Virus record (IMG/VR): IMGVR_UViG_3300038345_000144
DNA: 64,000 bases
Origin: a virus
Lineage: Duplodnaviria; Caudoviricetes
Direction: 5' to 3' (one strand)
Notes under the pieces: generated by a model
Databases searched by the model: none
Told to the model about the DNA's origin: nothing
What the model saw: only the letters and a program-made list of their open reading frames with translations
Part shown: positions 18,752-27,847 of the stretch, piece by piece
How the letters are laid out: every line of letters begins with the position of its first letter
How positions within the stretch are numbered: position 1 is the first letter of the stretch
Made by a program: the position numbers and the translations under genes

Positions 18752-19195
18752 TTAACTTAATGCCTTCAAGATACAATCAACTCTCGTTTGAATTTCAGGG
18801 CTTTTAATCTTGGTGCGTAAATATGTGAGGTTCTGCTCAAGCATAAGTGCAAAATCCTGTGGAGTTTCAGCCGTCTGGGTAATCTTAAATGCTGTCGGAC
18901 CTGCCTCATAAAGAACTGTGACTGTAAATAACGGAATATTCCACTCAATAAGGTCTTTATTATCAGCATATTTGTCATCAATATAGGCAAACCAGATTAA
19001 GAAAGTAGGCTCTACTGTACCCATTGAAAGAGTAACGCTACCCTGGTCGTGGCTACCAAAATCACCAATATTTTCCTCTACATACGGAATTTGGCAGTCT
19101 GTTGCCTCTGAATTGTCCCTGAACCTTATTTTCCAAAGGCTCCTATCAATTCTGGATAAAAAATCATTCAAGTAGTCCTTAAATACTGCTTTCAT
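18752..19195 (-). CDS. hypothetical protein
   Basis: start probably at MKAVF. Confidence 0.7.
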   Translation of the reverse strand: MKAVFKDYLNDFLSRIDRSLWKIRFRDNSEATDCQIPYVEENIGDFGSHDQGSVTLSMGTVEPTFLIWFAYIDDKYADNKDLIEWNIPLFTVTVLYEAGPTAFKITQTAETPQDFALMLEQNLTYLRTKIKSPEIQTRVDCILKALS

Positions 19196-19202
19196 ATTAT
19201 AT

Positions 19203-19889
19203 CTACTCCAAAACAATCACATTATAGCCCTCATAATTCTCGATAGGGTTTAATGCAGTAATCATACCGTTGATAAGGAAAGCATAATCCTCGCCATCGG
19301 TTACAATTCTTACTTCAACTTCGCTGTCTGTGGGAAAATCAGTAGCGTATGATAAATCATCAAAATCAATCAAGTCTAAATCCCAAACTTCGCCCTCTGG
19401 TGTCCACTCAATATGTAATCCGCACCAGTCAAGTTCTGCACCATCTTCAGTAAGGTCAATTTCATTGATTTCACGAATTTTGTCACCAATTTCATTTAAT
19501 TTTTCTTTAGAAATGAGGTTTGCTGGTAAATGTTCAAAGAAATAGTCAAAATAAATGCCTGCAATATTCTGGGCGTGAACATACCTATTTAATTCCTCAA
19601 TAAGTCCTAATTCTTTCCAAGTGTCCCAATATTCTGTTAAATCGAGAACCTCGCCACAAAGCATCGGGTTTTCATAAAACAGATAATGACCACCATTTGT
19701 AAGCAAAAATCCTGCATAAGCGGGTTCATCTAAAAAGGTTACTCTATAAGCCTTATTTTTATCTGCCTGCCTGATAAATTCATCAATCTCAATCGGTTCA
19801 TTAAATTGCATAATGGGTGTACTCCTTATATATATACTTAAGGGAAAAGATAATTTTTCATCCCGTCTATCAATCAATAAAATCTTCAA
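19203..19889 (-). CDS. acidic hypothetical protein
   Basis: 228-aa ORF, start uncertain. Confidence 0.7.
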   Translation of the reverse strand: MKILLIDRRDEKLSFPLSIYIRSTPIMQFNEPIEIDEFIRQADKNKAYRVTFLDEPAYAGFLLTNGGHYLFYENPMLCGEVLDLTEYWDTWKELGLIEELNRYVHAQNIAGIYFDYFFEHLPANLISKEKLNEIGDKIREINEIDLTEDGAELDWCGLHIEWTPEGEVWDLDLIDFDDLSYATDFPTDSEVEVRIVTDGEDYAFLINGMITALNPIENYEGYNVIVLE

Positions 19890-20259
19890 CTAACTTGCCG
19901 TCAATATATGCTACGGAATATACAATATTGTCAACTATATATTCGTCATAATCGACATCCTGTTCTTCAATAGGCATATCCTCATCGTAGTCATCTTCAT
20001 AGCCCGCATTAAGAACTACGCAGTAACAACCAGCCCACTGACCAGGTTCAGCCTGATTTAAGTTCTCAAAATTCTCAAGTAACAATTTTGCACACTCTCT
20101 GGCTTTTTCCTTTACAGCACTTTCAGTTAATACCGAATATTGCTGTTTAGTGTCAAAATAACCGTACTTGTGGTCATAATCGGCACTATAATCCATAAAA
20201 CGAGGGCTACCTTCCTTTAACAAATAGCCCATATCTATTAAATATACTCTATTTGGCAT
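19870..20259 (-). CDS. hypothetical protein
   Basis: 129-aa ORF with SD. Confidence 0.75.
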   Translation of the reverse strand: MPNRVYLIDMGYLLKEGSPRFMDYSADYDHKYGYFDTKQQYSVLTESAVKEKARECAKLLLENFENLNQAEPGQWAGCYCVVLNAGYEDDYDEDMPIEEQDVDYDEYIVDNIVYSVAYIDGKLVEDFID

Positions 20260-20275
20260 AATAATTTCTCCTTAT

Positions 20276-20303
20276 ATTACAATAAGATTACATTTATCTT
20301 ACG
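20276..20303 (-). promoter_or_regulatory. TGTAAT-N5-TGTAAT box plus a partial third copy
   Basis: attaca-ataag-attaca-tttat-cttacg. Confidence 0.75.
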
Positions 20304-20547
20304 CAAATCTTACAAAATTACCCTCATCGACAACCGTTAAATAATCATCACACTCATCTTCAGGGAAAGTCTGGTCCGTTCCATAGCAAATTTTACCTTT
20401 AGGATTAGTGTCGGTAATATATTCACGGTCATACTCAATTGAGTCAATTTTCAGGATATGCTCAATATAATCGTGGGTATATTGGTCGTAACATACCACG
20501 CAGTCGCCTACTTTAATGTCTAAAAATGTCTTTTCTTCTCTCTGCAT
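20299..20547 (-). CDS. hypothetical protein
   Basis: 82-aa ORF with SD. Confidence 0.75.
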   Translation of the reverse strand: MQREEKTFLDIKVGDCVVCYDQYTHDYIEHILKIDSIEYDREYITDTNPKGKICYGTDQTFPEDECDDYLTVVDEGNFVRFA

Positions 20548-20559
20548 AATAAATTCTCC

Positions 20560-21144
20560 TTAATCTAAATAACCGTAACAAATATCTTTTACTTCACCGT
20601 TACTCATTAAAACCTTTGAAAAATCACCAGTACCGTTACCCCACGGACCACAATATTGATAACTTGCTACCTCGATAACCTCGCCTTTTCTCCAGCGAGC
20701 CATTTTCTCGACTTTAGCCTCTCTTGCCATACCGCCGTAAAAATCTCCATTAACTCCCTTTTCAGCATCAGTTATTGCTTTATTCAGGAACATTTCGATT
20801 TCTTCTTCTGTCAAAGGTCTGCCCTCATAATTAGAGAAATCATACTTGGCATTTTCACGCTCAACTTCTTCTCTTGCCTGCTGGTGTAATACCTTGAGCC
20901 TTTCCCACTCTTTCTTTGTCAAAGAACGATAAGGCTCGCTTAACGCATAATCACTTAAATAAAAACCTGCAAAAGTATGCTTATGTCCAGAGTCCTGCCA
21001 GCCATAAGTAACCTTTTCTGCATATTTAAGAATTTCAGCGTCGGTGGTCATTTCACCAAATCCTCTTGAGGCAAAAATAAATTCATCACGGGAATATACT
21101 GCTTTTCCATTAACATAACCATATACATTAGGGTCGTGTTCCAT
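20560..21144 (-). CDS. hypothetical protein
   Basis: 194-aa ORF, AGGAGG SD. Confidence 0.8.
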   Translation of the reverse strand: MEHDPNVYGYVNGKAVYSRDEFIFASRGFGEMTTDAEILKYAEKVTYGWQDSGHKHTFAGFYLSDYALSEPYRSLTKKEWERLKVLHQQAREEVERENAKYDFSNYEGRPLTEEEIEMFLNKAITDAEKGVNGDFYGGMAREAKVEKMARWRKGEVIEVASYQYCGPWGNGTGDFSKVLMSNGEVKDICYGYLD

Positions 21145-21163
21145 AATAATTCCTCCTTAAAAT

Positions 21164-21199
21164 AAAAAAGCGGTAACAGTCTTCGATTACTATTACCGC
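21164..21199 (-). terminator. leader terminator between promoter and SD
   Basis: GCGGTAATAGT-AATCGAAG-ACTGTTACCGC-TTTTTT. Confidence 0.8.
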
Positions 21200-21212
21200 A
21201 TCCATACCTATC

Positions 21213-21230
21213 TATTATAATTAAATAGTC
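21213..21230 (-). promoter_or_regulatory. conserved promoter-like element (copy 2)
   Basis: GACTATTTAATTATAATA flanked by an ACCTATC/GATAGGT inverted repeat. Confidence 0.65.
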
Positions 21231-21239
21231 TTTGATAGG

Positions 21240-21674
21240 TTATACTCTTTGAATTACATCAGCACCTTCAGGCAGTTCTGGGGCGTATGCCATAATTTTC
21301 GTAATATTGTACTTGGGAGCAAAATAATGATTAAGTGAATAAACCAAACTTGCCGTATTTTCCTGAAGTACATTACTGGACTCGTCCCAATTTATTTTAT
21401 AGTCGCCCGTTATTTTATGCTCATTATAATTGTAGGTTTCGCCCCTAACAAATAAATGACTTAACTCAATTAACTGATAATATTCCACGCCTGGTTTTAA
21501 TGTCTCCCCAGTTGACCAGTTTTGGTCTAATCGGGTGGAATAGCATACATCATCTGCCTCACATAATTCTTTCCTGATATATTCTGTCACATCAGTTAAT
21601 TCGGTTACTGTCGGTGCATTTACCTGAAAACTGATAGAATATGTCTGTGTACCTTGAAAACTGGCAAATCTCAT
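21240..21674 (-). CDS. hypothetical protein (793 family)
   Basis: ORF with SD. Confidence 0.75.
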   Translation of the reverse strand: MRFASFQGTQTYSISFQVNAPTVTELTDVTEYIRKELCEADDVCYSTRLDQNWSTGETLKPGVEYYQLIELSHLFVRGETYNYNEHKITGDYKINWDESSNVLQENTASLVYSLNHYFAPKYNITKIMAYAPELPEGADVIQRV

Positions 21675-21686
21675 AGGTAGCCCTCC

Positions 21687-22055
21687 TTAATCGTCATCTT
21701 GAAAATAATCATCAAAAATACCATCTCCGTCTAATAGAGATGACGGAAATTGCCAGTCACAAAGGTCAAATAATACCATAGCCATATGGTCAATTTCTTG
21801 GTCAAAGAACCTTTTATCAGGAAAATTATCTTCAACCCAGTCTTTCACAAGGTCAATGAAGTCCTGCTTACTGAAAGCATTTTCTCTTTTTACCGTGTCG
21901 TCCTGTTCATAACCATATTCAGGGATATAGATAATGTCTGAAAAACTACCCGTATTCCAGTCAAAATCTGCGTCTTTGTACCCAAAACCCTGTCCGATAT
22001 TCTCTTTTGGCATAGATTTTGCACTATTACAGGCATTAAACTTCTCAATTTTCAT
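21687..22055 (-). CDS. hypothetical protein, paralogue of 10059
   Basis: motifs shared with 10059. Confidence 0.8.
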   Translation of the reverse strand: MKIEKFNACNSAKSMPKENIGQGFGYKDADFDWNTGSFSDIIYIPEYGYEQDDTVKRENAFSKQDFIDLVKDWVEDNFPDKRFFDQEIDHMAMVLFDLCDWQFPSSLLDGDGIFDDYFQDDD

Positions 22056-22074
22056 AATAATTTCTCCTTGAAAT

Positions 22075-22091
22075 ATTACATTTTGATTACA
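22075..22091 (-). promoter_or_regulatory. TGTAAT-N5-TGTAAT box
   Basis: attaca-ttttg-attaca. Confidence 0.75.
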
Positions 22092-22094
22092 TTT

Positions 22095-22553
22095 TTAATA
22101 ATCAAGGTTTTTATACTCTGTTGTGACTGAAATGGCTCCTAAATAATCCGAAACAACATCTTCGGACTGGTCAAAAATTACCCCATTATCTTCCATATTA
22201 CGCATAACGGTATAGAAAATTCGGAGGGCAATTCTCTTATAAGTAGCCTCATCAAAATCACGGCAAAGACCAATTTCGTCCTCTACTGTCAATGTTGTAA
22301 CACCAATAACGCTATCGTCCTTGTAATATCCGACATCTACGCAGTATTCCTGATTATCGAAGTCATAATAACAACTGACCTTAATGTTCTTGCTGTCATA
22401 ATTTTCGATAGATTTACCCATAGTCGTAAAAACTCTATTCAACTCGTCTTTGGTGAATAAGTTTCTCAACTCGATTTGCTTTTGAATACTATCCCTACTC
22501 TCAATAATGAAAGTTAAGGTTTGTTTTTGCTGTGTTTCCTCTTGCGTTTGCAT
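22095..22553 (-). CDS. hypothetical protein
   Basis: 152-aa ORF. Confidence 0.75.
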   Translation of the reverse strand: MQTQEETQQKQTLTFIIESRDSIQKQIELRNLFTKDELNRVFTTMGKSIENYDSKNIKVSCYYDFDNQEYCVDVGYYKDDSVIGVTTLTVEDEIGLCRDFDEATYKRIALRIFYTVMRNMEDNGVIFDQSEDVVSDYLGAISVTTEYKNLDY

Positions 22554-22581
22554 CTTTATATAGGTCTCCCTTCAAATGTGT

Positions 22582-23022
22582 TTAATACCAACTTCTATGG
22601 TCTTCTTCGACGGTTTCCATACCATCATATTCGCTAATATGCCACTGGACATCATCAGGAACATCTACAATGTGAATTTCGGCATAGTCACCGTTAGCCT
22701 CCGAACCCAGTTCCTTAATAACTGAAATCAAAAGCGGGTCGGTACGATTATCGTATGAGCATACTTGGTGGCTAAACAAGATAATATCTTTGCAGTCGTT
22801 ATATTCGACCTCTTCGCCTGCATCCTGCTTGAGAACATATAAGCGGTCAGTTGGCGTATTATTCTTCTCATAATAATCGTTTGGAACCTTTTTGAATACT
22901 TGAGTGTCATAACTCTTCCTTAAATAAAGGTGAGCCTCGCCATACTTTCTCTCACAATAAAGCATAAGTGCCTTTGTAGATAATCCAAATCCACCGTATC
23001 TCTCATTTATTGCTACTTCCAT
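22582..23022 (-). CDS. phage-type conserved hypothetical protein
   Basis: IN..YGGFGLS...R.DP.L..V..ELG..ANG.YA...IV.VP...W.I.EYDG.E.V.E.HR.W motif. Confidence 0.8.
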   Translation of the reverse strand: MEVAINERYGGFGLSTKALMLYCERKYGEAHLYLRKSYDTQVFKKVPNDYYEKNNTPTDRLYVLKQDAGEEVEYNDCKDIILFSHQVCSYDNRTDPLLISVIKELGSEANGDYAEIHIVDVPDDVQWHISEYDGMETVEEDHRSWY

Positions 23023-23040
23023 AGTAATTTCTCCTTAATT

Positions 23041-23640
23041 TTAGTCCTCTTCTGGTCCTGGGTCGTTATAATAATAATTCTTCAAGTTATTTTCCCCGTC
23101 TGAAGTATCAAACTTGTAGTCCAGTATCTTAATAGTATGTGTGTTATTGCATAATTTTGAGAAAAAAGCAGTTAACTCACTCATAAGAGCCTTATCATCA
23201 GTTATTTTACCAACAAGACTGTAACCAGTTGTGTCTTCGGGGTCATTAGGATTGCCCCAAGAGTCAATAGCACTGTCATAGTCCAAATCAAAGGTAACAA
23301 GGAACTCCTTTGACCCATCTTCGTTTTCCTTAACGGAAACAATGTGAGTATTATCCCACCACTCAACCTTACACAAATCCATATATTTGTTAAGGATAGT
23401 TAAAAACTCTTCGTCAGCATCAAGGCTGAAATCATAATCATCCAATCTACGAAGTAAATCGGCTTCATATTCAAAGCCCTCTAACTCATATTTTAATGTC
23501 CAATCATCTTTGCGGGCTTGTTTGAATTCTTCCTCGGTCATTTCCTTTTGAGCCAAAAATTCATTTAACAAGGGTTCCTGTAAAAAGTTAATTGTAAGTT
23601 TTGCAAGAAACTTAACTCCCTCACGGTCCCAATTTATCAT
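23041..23640 (-). CDS. hypothetical protein, related to 32478
   Basis: start at MINWD after AGGAG; EL..F......NHT..I C-terminal motif. Confidence 0.7.
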   Translation of the reverse strand: MINWDREGVKFLAKLTINFLQEPLLNEFLAQKEMTEEEFKQARKDDWTLKYELEGFEYEADLLRRLDDYDFSLDADEEFLTILNKYMDLCKVEWWDNTHIVSVKENEDGSKEFLVTFDLDYDSAIDSWGNPNDPEDTTGYSLVGKITDDKALMSELTAFFSKLCNNTHTIKILDYKFDTSDGENNLKNYYYNDPGPEED

Positions 23641-23653
23641 AGTTTTCTCCTTA

Positions 23654-24436
23654 TTATAAGCAATTTTCCAGTTCATCAGCATACTTATAAAATGCCTTGA
23701 ACTCCTTTAGGGCATTTATAGTAGCCGACACTAATGACTTAAATTTATCCTGACTGTCAAAAGTAGTCCTGATACGGAAATCGTCACCGTCTTGGTTAGT
23801 AATATCCACTATAAATCTGAACATTTCATCGCCGTCTTTTTCTACCTTTTCCAGCGTAATAATCGGCATTTTGGTATCTACTGCCATAATGGTAAGAGTA
23901 TCGTTGAATTTGAAATCACTCTCAAAAAATCCTTCAATAGTGCCGTGGTTGGTTACGACCTTTAATGTCTTGGAAGAGTCATCTACCTTGCAGATAAAGT
24001 CCTTAACCAAGTAAACAAAGTCCTTAATACCAAATTTCGGGAATTTCGTGTATTTCGTGTGCTTGGCTATCCAATTCTGTACCTCTTTAATACCATCGTT
24101 TGACAGGTCGGTATGTAGATGTTGGACAATTCTCGATGTGGAGCCTTTTCCCCACGACCAATGACCAGGGTGTACCAATGAGTCCCAAAATATCTTTCTA
24201 ATAACAATACCGTTGTTAGAATAGTCCGATTTACCCTCTGAAAAGTCTAATAATTTCAGGATAAAATATTCACCTTCGTCACACTCGCCAATGAACATTA
24301 TCTCATTTTTAATAGGATAATATCCTAAATTCGGGTGGCTACGGTCACTTCCACAAGTATGTCTTATCTCATCATTCAAGGAAAGTCCATTATCTTTGCA
24401 CCATTTATCAAATTTTGCAACAGTGGTATCTTTCAT
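23654..24436 (-). CDS. two-domain hypothetical protein (N-half like 24463, C-half like 25144)
   Basis: KWC..N...T.YT.FP and FIVDI...DG..F...FYKYA..LENCL. Confidence 0.8.
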   Translation of the reverse strand: MKDTTVAKFDKWCKDNGLSLNDEIRHTCGSDRSHPNLGYYPIKNEIMFIGECDEGEYFILKLLDFSEGKSDYSNNGIVIRKIFWDSLVHPGHWSWGKGSTSRIVQHLHTDLSNDGIKEVQNWIAKHTKYTKFPKFGIKDFVYLVKDFICKVDDSSKTLKVVTNHGTIEGFFESDFKFNDTLTIMAVDTKMPIITLEKVEKDGDEMFRFIVDITNQDGDDFRIRTTFDSQDKFKSLVSATINALKEFKAFYKYADELENCL

Positions 24437-24462
24437 ACAGTATTCCCCTTTCTATATCTCCT

Positions 24463-24801
24463 TTAATCCTCAAACTTTGCTGTTGGAAACGGAGTATATT
24501 CCGTGTTCTTTGCTAATAAACTCTGGATAGTTTCTACTCCGTCTTCATCAAATTTAATCTCTGTTGTGCCTAATCTATACCAACCATCGTCGCCATTGGT
24601 TAAATCGCCAATAACAAACTGGTCATAGTTCAAATTAAGAGCAAGAGCCTTACGGGAGCCGTCTTTTGCTGTATATAACAAGCAAAACGCACTATCTTCC
24701 GCAAAGGAATATCCATCGTGGTCATAATTATCAATACCACCCTCGTCTTCAGGGATATTATTGGCTAAACACCACTTTTTAATCTTATCAAAATAAGTCA
24801 T
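24463..24801 (-). CDS. hypothetical protein
   Basis: start at MTYFD after GAGGAG. Confidence 0.75.
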   Translation of the reverse strand: MTYFDKIKKWCLANNIPEDEGGIDNYDHDGYSFAEDSAFCLLYTAKDGSRKALALNLNYDQFVIGDLTNGDDGWYRLGTTEIKFDEDGVETIQSLLAKNTEYTPFPTAKFED

Positions 24802-24814
24802 ATTAAACTCCTCT

Positions 24815-25108
24815 TCAAGTATTTTCATCTAATGAAATGCTAAATCCTACTATAATAGGCACACAATCATTATATTTATCTAAAACAGATTTGTCTAACA
24901 CAAAGGAGTTAGGACCTAAACTGATACGAGAGGAAGCAATAAATTGTTCTTCAGTAATCTTTGGCACATCAAAGTCTTCTTTGATTTTCTCATAGGTATC
25001 ATCAGACATATTTTTCCAAATAAGTTCCAAAATATCATCATCCTCATATTTATGAATAAAACAATACTCACAATCTAACCAAACGGTCACAAAATACTCT
25101 TTTCCCAT
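24815..25108 (-). CDS. hypothetical protein, paralogue of 8811
   Basis: start at MGKEY after AGGAG. Confidence 0.75.
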   Translation of the reverse strand: MGKEYFVTVWLDCEYCFIHKYEDDDILELIWKNMSDDTYEKIKEDFDVPKITEEQFIASSRISLGPNSFVLDKSVLDKYNDCVPIIVGFSISLDENT

Positions 25109-25143
25109 ATTAGTATCTCCTTTACTCTTCCTTATTCTCCTTT

Positions 25144-26055
25144 TTATAGACAATTTTCTAAATCTTCTGCATATTTGTAAAATTGAGGATAGGTTTTAAG
25201 GCTTTCTATCGTTTGTCTAATGAGATTTTCTAATTGTGTTTCATTGTCTATATAACACTTTAGACTAAATCCTTCCCCATCTTCGGTATTTATATCAACA
25301 ATAAATTTATATCTAACTTCCTCTGGAAAAACTTTTTTCTCAATTTTCATTATTGGGTCACTAATACCAATAGCATATAAGCATAAAGTATCTTCAGCCG
25401 TATTAGTAGTATCAAAAAAGTAATCTCCTGATGGAATAGTAATCTTAAGTTTATTAGACTGTTCATTTATACGATATATAAAGTCTTGAACTACTTTTTG
25501 CGGCTGACCTCTAATTTGCCATTTTTCTTTGCCTGATTTAGTTAAGACTTGAATATATATTTTTGGTGTATCATTTCCAGTATTACTTTGGCTTTTCTCT
25601 ATATCAATATAAATATCTAAAGCATTATTCATTGTTCTAATGGTACGCACATATATTCCTAAACTTCTTAAATGGTTAGCAATAGGGTCAAGAGTTTTTT
25701 CCATTACCTTATAAAAATCATCTCGGCTCCAATCATCATCATTCACCATACTATAAAGGTCTTTAGGCACACCACCCAGAAAATCAGCAATAGTATAATC
25801 AAAAACAGAAAAGTCGTGTTCTGTTTCTCCAACTACGCCATAACAAAAATCATAATCTTCTGGTTCATCACTATTATAGCCCTCCCACGCATCCATACTC
25901 ACCATATATAACTGTGTTCGACATCTATTATTATGTTCTTTGAACTTTTTAGAACACAACGCTATGGTATCTAATACATCACTACGAGTTACGGATTTAC
26001 AAAAGGATTTACCTATACTATCTGCCATTATGGTAATTGCTTCAGATTTGTTCAT
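25144..26055 (-). CDS. two-domain hypothetical protein
   Basis: C-terminus shared with 23654. Confidence 0.8.
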   Translation of the reverse strand: MNKSEAITIMADSIGKSFCKSVTRSDVLDTIALCSKKFKEHNNRCRTQLYMVSMDAWEGYNSDEPEDYDFCYGVVGETEHDFSVFDYTIADFLGGVPKDLYSMVNDDDWSRDDFYKVMEKTLDPIANHLRSLGIYVRTIRTMNNALDIYIDIEKSQSNTGNDTPKIYIQVLTKSGKEKWQIRGQPQKVVQDFIYRINEQSNKLKITIPSGDYFFDTTNTAEDTLCLYAIGISDPIMKIEKKVFPEEVRYKFIVDINTEDGEGFSLKCYIDNETQLENLIRQTIESLKTYPQFYKYAEDLENCL

Positions 26056-26060
26056 TTGTC

Positions 26061-26957
26061 TTATCCTCTCTGTCTGATTTTTTGTACCTCATTAAACATA
26101 TCGTCAACAGTCATATCGGGCGTATAATCGTACTGGTCCTCGGCTAATGATGATACGGCAAATTTCTTATTAACTGCGTCAATGAAGAAGGTATATGAGC
26201 CTTCATCACCCATATAATTCTCCTGCCACATCTTTTCAGGGATTTTCTCCTGAAGTTTCAGATGCTCAATAGCGAGGTTATCAAATGAGATTACAGCAAA
26301 ATTCTGTCTATATTCTGTCAAGATATTTTGTAAATTCTCGATATTTTCCAGAATTTCTGACTTATGCTCTTCGTAATAATCCCTACCTCTGCCTAAAATC
26401 TTATAGCCAAGAATTAAAAGTCGGAGGTTATGGTCGGATAAATTCTTCATATCCTCTTTGGTAATAACACCGTCAATGCAGTGAATAACCGTATTTTTGA
26501 GACCATTATTCCATAAAATATCATCTCTGGAGTTAATCAGGGAGATGCCAACACCATAAATGAGTTCTCTATCCTGCCAGTCCTTTAATGTCTGGAGATG
26601 GTCTTTGAGATGTCTCTGGTTGATGGTAAGGTTGCAAATTACTCCCTTTTCCTTCATTCTCTCTAAAAAAGCCTCCAAGTCAGGATGGGACAAATCGTTC
26701 GCATTGAGAGCAATTTCCTGTCCTCTATGGAGAGTATCAAAAAGAGGCTGGCTCAAATCAGCGTGTTGACCCTGTTCATTACAGCCTAAATAACAATATT
26801 TACAGCCACCGTTACATTTAGTAGTGATGGTTATATCGTTACTTTCTGCAAAGTCAGGTGTAAGATTATCCAAGTCATTTGCTCTAATCTTCGTACCGTT
26901 GCTGAAGAGTGTTACCTCATAATTTCCATTCTTGTAATGTGCTAATAATTTAGGCAT
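26061..26957 (-). CDS. radical SAM enzyme
   Basis: ITTKCNGGCKYC (CxxxCxxC); no C-terminal SPASM cysteines. Confidence 0.85.
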   Translation of the reverse strand: MPKLLAHYKNGNYEVTLFSNGTKIRANDLDNLTPDFAESNDITITTKCNGGCKYCYLGCNEQGQHADLSQPLFDTLHRGQEIALNANDLSHPDLEAFLERMKEKGVICNLTINQRHLKDHLQTLKDWQDRELIYGVGISLINSRDDILWNNGLKNTVIHCIDGVITKEDMKNLSDHNLRLLILGYKILGRGRDYYEEHKSEILENIENLQNILTEYRQNFAVISFDNLAIEHLKLQEKIPEKMWQENYMGDEGSYTFFIDAVNKKFAVSSLAEDQYDYTPDMTVDDMFNEVQKIRQRG

Positions 26958-26975
26958 AATTTCTTATAATTCCTT

Positions 26976-27215
26976 TCAACCTTGTATCTTTTCAAATTCA
27001 TCTTCTGTATAAATATGTAAGTGTAGTTCTTTTACAATATCCGCATATTCTTTAGAATACCCTTCAACTATTCCTTTGTAAATGGGTCCATAAGCCCCCT
27101 CTTCAAAATAATAGCAATTTGGACAATGATAGTGTGCTTCTACCACACCCCAACATTCTTCTGTATATTCTGAATACGGGTTAGATGTACCACATACGGG
27201 GCATTTCTTTTCCAT
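26976..27215 (-). CDS. small Zn-ribbon protein
   Basis: CPVC...CPNC; start at MEKK after GAGG. Confidence 0.7.
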   Translation of the reverse strand: MEKKCPVCGTSNPYSEYTEECWGVVEAHYHCPNCYYFEEGAYGPIYKGIVEGYSKEYADIVKELHLHIYTEDEFEKIQG

Positions 27216-27216
27216 A

Positions 27217-27489
27217 TTACTTACCTCTATATTTTTCAAACTTTTCGATGTCGAGAGCATCTTGCAACTCACTAATCAATTCTTCAACATTATACCACCA
27301 AATAGTCAACTCACAACGGTCAGAATTACTGCCGTTAGCATATTCTTTGGCTAAACTGCAAAATCTGACAGGCTTATCGTCAAATTTCACAACTTCTATG
27401 GTTGTATATGTTTCGCAGTAATCTCCAATTCCAGGTTCAGCCCCTTCGTGAATAATAGGTTGTCTTAATTTGATTTTTTCAAGTACCAT
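27217..27489 (-). CDS. hypothetical protein
   Basis: 90-aa ORF, AGGAGG SD. Confidence 0.7.
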   Translation of the reverse strand: MVLEKIKLRQPIIHEGAEPGIGDYCETYTTIEVVKFDDKPVRFCSLAKEYANGSNSDRCELTIWWYNVEELISELQDALDIEKFEKYRGK

Positions 27490-27503
27490 ATAAGCCTCCT
27501 TGT

Positions 27504-27833
27504 TTAGGTTTCATAGTTTTTCAGACCATTTTCAATCATTTCAGCACGGTATTGCCTGCCTGTAATCTCTTTTTCATCACGATGAGATATTAGAGGCAAG
27601 GTGTCCTCATATACAGCCTCAAGGTCTAAATCCGAGATATGAACATCGTTTGTAGAGGCAATTCCCCTACCTTCAGGGCTTAATAAGAAAATATTGAGAA
27701 TATTGTACTCATCACCCTGTATATAGTCACTGTCCTTCAAAAACGCATATTGCTGTCCTCGTCTTGACTTCATATATGCCTTTTTGCCTGCTGGAAGATT
27801 GTATAATTCATCATAAAAAGCCTTTAAGTCCAT
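27504..27833 (-). CDS. hypothetical protein
   Basis: 109-aa ORF with SD. Confidence 0.75.
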   Translation of the reverse strand: MDLKAFYDELYNLPAGKKAYMKSRRGQQYAFLKDSDYIQGDEYNILNIFLLSPEGRGIASTNDVHISDLDLEAVYEDTLPLISHRDEKEITGRQYRAEMIENGLKNYET

Positions 27834-27847
27834 AAAAATCTCCTTTT

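Noticed and set aside
5818-22091. TGTAAT boxes as integron attC sites or CRISPR repeats
   Set aside because: They are short direct repeats with no inverted-repeat core or regular spacing, and no integrase is present in the window.
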